Shown here piece after piece: positions 62,501 to 64,000 of a stretch of 64,000 nucleotides of DNA. This DNA is from Vulcanimicrobiota bacterium (GTDB taxonomy: Bacteria > Vulcanimicrobiota > Vulcanimicrobiia > Vulcanimicrobiales > Vulcanimicrobiaceae). The notes below the pieces were generated by a model. The model was not told where the DNA came from, ran no database searches, and was given only the letters and a program-made list of their open reading frames with translations. The stretch lies in NCBI GenBank assembly GCA_963733295.1, contig CAVTCS010000003.1:1248001-1312000 (forward strand), written 5' to 3'. How positions within the stretch are numbered: the first letter of the stretch is position 1; each line of letters starts with the position of its first letter. Both the position numbers and the translations under genes were made by a program.

Positions 62501-63689
62501 AGACGAAGCCCGAGGCAGCGAGCGCCTCGAGCGCCGCGATGAAATGCGAACGCTCCTCATCGGTCAACGTCGCGATCGTGAAGATCTCTTCGAGTTGGTC
62601 GACCACGATGATGAGACGGGCTTGAGCGGTTTCGGTAAGCTGCGCCGCTTTGCCGGCTGCGGCCAGGCCTTGCTCGATACAAACCGATGCCTGCTGCGGT
62701 GCTTCCCGTAACAACGCCGCGAGCCGCCGCTCGGTATAGCGCAGCCCTTCGAGCTCGGGCAGCGCGGTAGCAGCCAGGATCGCAGCCGCTAGCGCGCCGA
62801 CGAGATCGGACGCATTGTCGGAGGGGCGCATGACCGTGTAGCGGCAGAGCGCGACGTCGCCGACCATCCCGGGAAGCATGAGGTCGGGCAGAACCCCGGC
62901 TTTCACGAGCGACGACTTCCCGGAACCGCTCGCGCCCAACACGAGAACGAAGGCTCGACCGCGTGCTTCTTCGGCCGCGAGAAGTTCGCGAACTTCATTA
63001 CGAGCGTGCGTGCGGCCGAAAAAGACCGGTGCATGTTCGAATTCGAAAGACAGGAGCCCGCGGAAGGGCGGCTGATGCCAGCGGATGGCCGCCGAGGGAT
63101 CCTCGGCCCCGACGCGTCGCTCCAGGATCGCGTGCAAGTGCGTATAGAGTTTCTCTTCGAACTCTTCGGTCGTTTCAAAACTTTGCGACGCAGCCGTGAA
63201 GCGGCCGCTCTCCGCCGAGCCGAACCAGCGGCCCATGAAGCCTTCGAGCAAACGCTTCTGCTCGCGCCGTCGCTCGAGTTCGGTATCGTCGTCGAGCGAA
63301 ACGCTAACGGCGTGGGTCTTGCGATAGAGCATCAGATCCGGGGCGCCGGTATCGCGAGCCGCCTTGAGAGCGTCCTCGAATTCCCATTCGGTTCCGGTGA
63401 CGGGCCGGCCGGAAATCGCGCCGCGATACTCGTCCTCCGGCAGCGAGAGACCCAGCCGCGACCAAAGGATCACGACGACGACGTCCGAGTCGTGAGGCAC
63501 GGGGATGTTGCGGGGATCTTGGAAGTGGTGCGTCGCGACCAGCGGCTCGCGTTCCCACAGCACCGCCTCGACGTGAACGTGATAACCGAACTCGCGATCG
63601 AGTCGAGCCACGATCCGCTCCGCGAGCAGACGCTCGGGCCGTACGTCCGCAGGCGACGAGATGAAAACGCGGATCGTAGCTTTATCCAT
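59517..63689 (-). CDS. DUF4062/TIR-like domain + STAND NTPase (nSTAND1-like) + TM + 14 WD40 repeats
   Basis: RVFISSP..V..ER, PFRGL..F, FFGR, Walker A GASGSGKSS, Walker B IIVVDQLEE, LPLL, a hydrophobic helix and GH...WD repeats of 42 aa. Confidence 0.92.
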   Translation of the reverse strand: MDKATIRVFISSPADVRPERLLAERIVARLDREFGYHVHVEAVLWEREPLVATHHFQDPRNIPVPHDSDVVVVILWSRLGLSLPEDEYRGAISGRPVTGTEWEFEDALKAARDTGAPDLMLYRKTHAVSVSLDDDTELERRREQKRLLEGFMGRWFGSAESGRFTAASQSFETTEEFEEKLYTHLHAILERRVGAEDPSAAIRWHQPPFRGLLSFEFEHAPVFFGRTHARNEVRELLAAEEARGRAFVLVLGASGSGKSSLVKAGVLPDLMLPGMVGDVALCRYTVMRPSDNASDLVGALAAAILAATALPELEGLRYTERRLAALLREAPQQASVCIEQGLAAAGKAAQLTETAQARLIIVVDQLEEIFTIATLTDEERSHFIAALEALAASGFVWIIATMRSDFFDRLESFPALAELAERDSRYLLLPPSDAEVGQIIREPAREAGLRFEVDPSDNTSLDERIRVAARERDALPLLSFVLDELWRQRTDRGMLTLEAYRSLGGLEGALARRADGEFEALPQEVQSALPRVLRAIVTIGAEGQIAARSAPLARFPAGTPERRLIDAFAAPDARLFVTTADHAGGEPMVRVAHQALLSHWTRAQQCIEENRASLQLEARISDAASRWRAAVQKNRNSLLLAPGLPLEEATDLMRRWGDELPAELRDFIAQSDAAAKAAARRRWTIAAAVILALAVLSVVSTGAFFIAQRERNDALVSQSHFLARDAQNAVNGGDAVLGMLLALQALPKKIAHPDRPFVSDAEYALEDAVANQRERMVLRGHTDAVNSAAFSPDGRRLVSASSDKTVRIWDATSGAQLAVLHGHGDVVNSAVFSPDGRRAVSASSDKTVRVWDATSGAQLAVLRGHGDAVNSAAFSPDGRRVVSGSSDKTVRIWDATSGAQLTVLHGHQDAVNSAAFSPDGRHVVSASSDDTVRIWDATSGAQLAVLRGHQGAIYSAVFSPNGRRIASASKDKTVRIWDARDGAQLAVLRGHDERVNSAAFSSDGRRVISASNDRSVRVWDAASGAQLAVLRGHEDWVNSAMFSPDERRVVSASQDKTVRMWSTSSAAEIAVLRGHSDAVYSAAFSPDSRFVVSASGDKTVRLWDASSDAQLAVLRGHNGAVFTALFSPDGRRVVSASEDKTVRLWDALSGAQLRVLRGHGNWVYSAAFSPDGRRVVSASSDRTVRLWDASSGAQLRVLRGHGDTVYYAAFSPDGRRVVSASADKTVRVWDASSGAQLNVLRGHKNWVFSAVFSSDGRRIVSASRDDTVRIWDATTGAQLAVLRGHQNRVNFAAFSPDGRRVISASRDQTVRLWDAQSGAEVAVLSGHDDWVDSAMFSTDGRRVVSASGDRTIRLWSVPPHDQALINAANSAVPRRLSDAQRAQEFLESSP
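59620..61358 (-). repeat. 126-bp coding tandem repeat x14 (WD40 array)
   Basis: Units of LRGHxxxVxSAAFSPDGRRVVSASxDKTVRxWDAxSGAQLAV. Confidence 0.95.
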
Positions 63690-63720
63690 CGGTCTCCGGG
63701 GGCATGTGAACAGCCACGGG

Positions 63721-63745
63721 AAAAAGCCCGCGATGTGCGGGCTTT
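63721..63745 (-). terminator. Intrinsic terminator downstream of tRNA-Met
   Basis: Minus strand AAAGCCCGC-ACATC-GCGGGCTTTTT. Confidence 0.8.
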
Positions 63746-63790
63746 GCGCTAACGAAGCTCTAGGCTTGCACTTCGCTCGCGCGATGAGAT

Positions 63791-63865
63791 TGGTGACTCG
63801 GGCAGGATTTGAACCTGCGACCTAGGGCTTATGAGTCCCCCGCTCTACCGCTGAGCTACCGAGCC
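63791..63865 (-). tRNA. tRNA with CAT anticodon, probably elongator Met
   Basis: GGCTCGG acceptor stem with paired first position, CTCATAA loop, GTTCAAATC and encoded ACCA. Ile2 is not fully excluded. Confidence 0.9.
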
Positions 63866-64000
63866 GGGCCGCGTGCAACATCGTCTCCTCGGCAACCCAG
63901 GCCTTGGAGACAGGGCGGGCGCGCTCCTTGCACGGGAGCCGGGCTTCTCGCTTCTCGATGCGTCGCGAGTGGCGATCGGTTGCACCGCAATGCGCTCCAA

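Overview
High-GC bacterial chromosome segment with mostly minus-strand housekeeping genes. It is possibly Eremiobacterota/Vulcanimicrobiota-like, but that is an impression and not demonstrated. Core content: lepA, SRP RNA, a homogentisate (Tyr/Phe) catabolism cluster (fahA, hmgA, hppD), rpsL-rpsG-fusA-tuf-rpsJ, rpoB, rpoC, cydAB, rnhA, tadA and three tRNAs (Ser-CGA, Arg-CCG, Met-CAT). The usual rpoBC-str-S10 supercluster is fragmented by accessory DNA. Most interesting observations: (1) an OmpR-type two-component system flanked on both sides by target promoters that share a TCTTNAC-GATT-TCTTNAC box and drive small Cys/His proteins, a cupin and two unknown proteins; (2) a chagasin-like protease-inhibitor gene and 25-bp tandem repeats between rpoB and rpoC, with rpoC having its own promoter and RpoB carrying a ~147-aa acidic tail; (3) several genes that appear to start at ATC; (4) a DUF4062-STAND-TM-14xWD40 NLR-like protein beside tRNA-Met, followed by a candidate structured RNA; (5) a GDPH-motif (autocleavage-type) protein whose gene 3' end is duplicated about 1.7 kb away; (6) a leader peptide/terminator arrangement upstream of a small ORF and the SRP RNA. 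All family calls are from motif recognition by eye; no searches were run.
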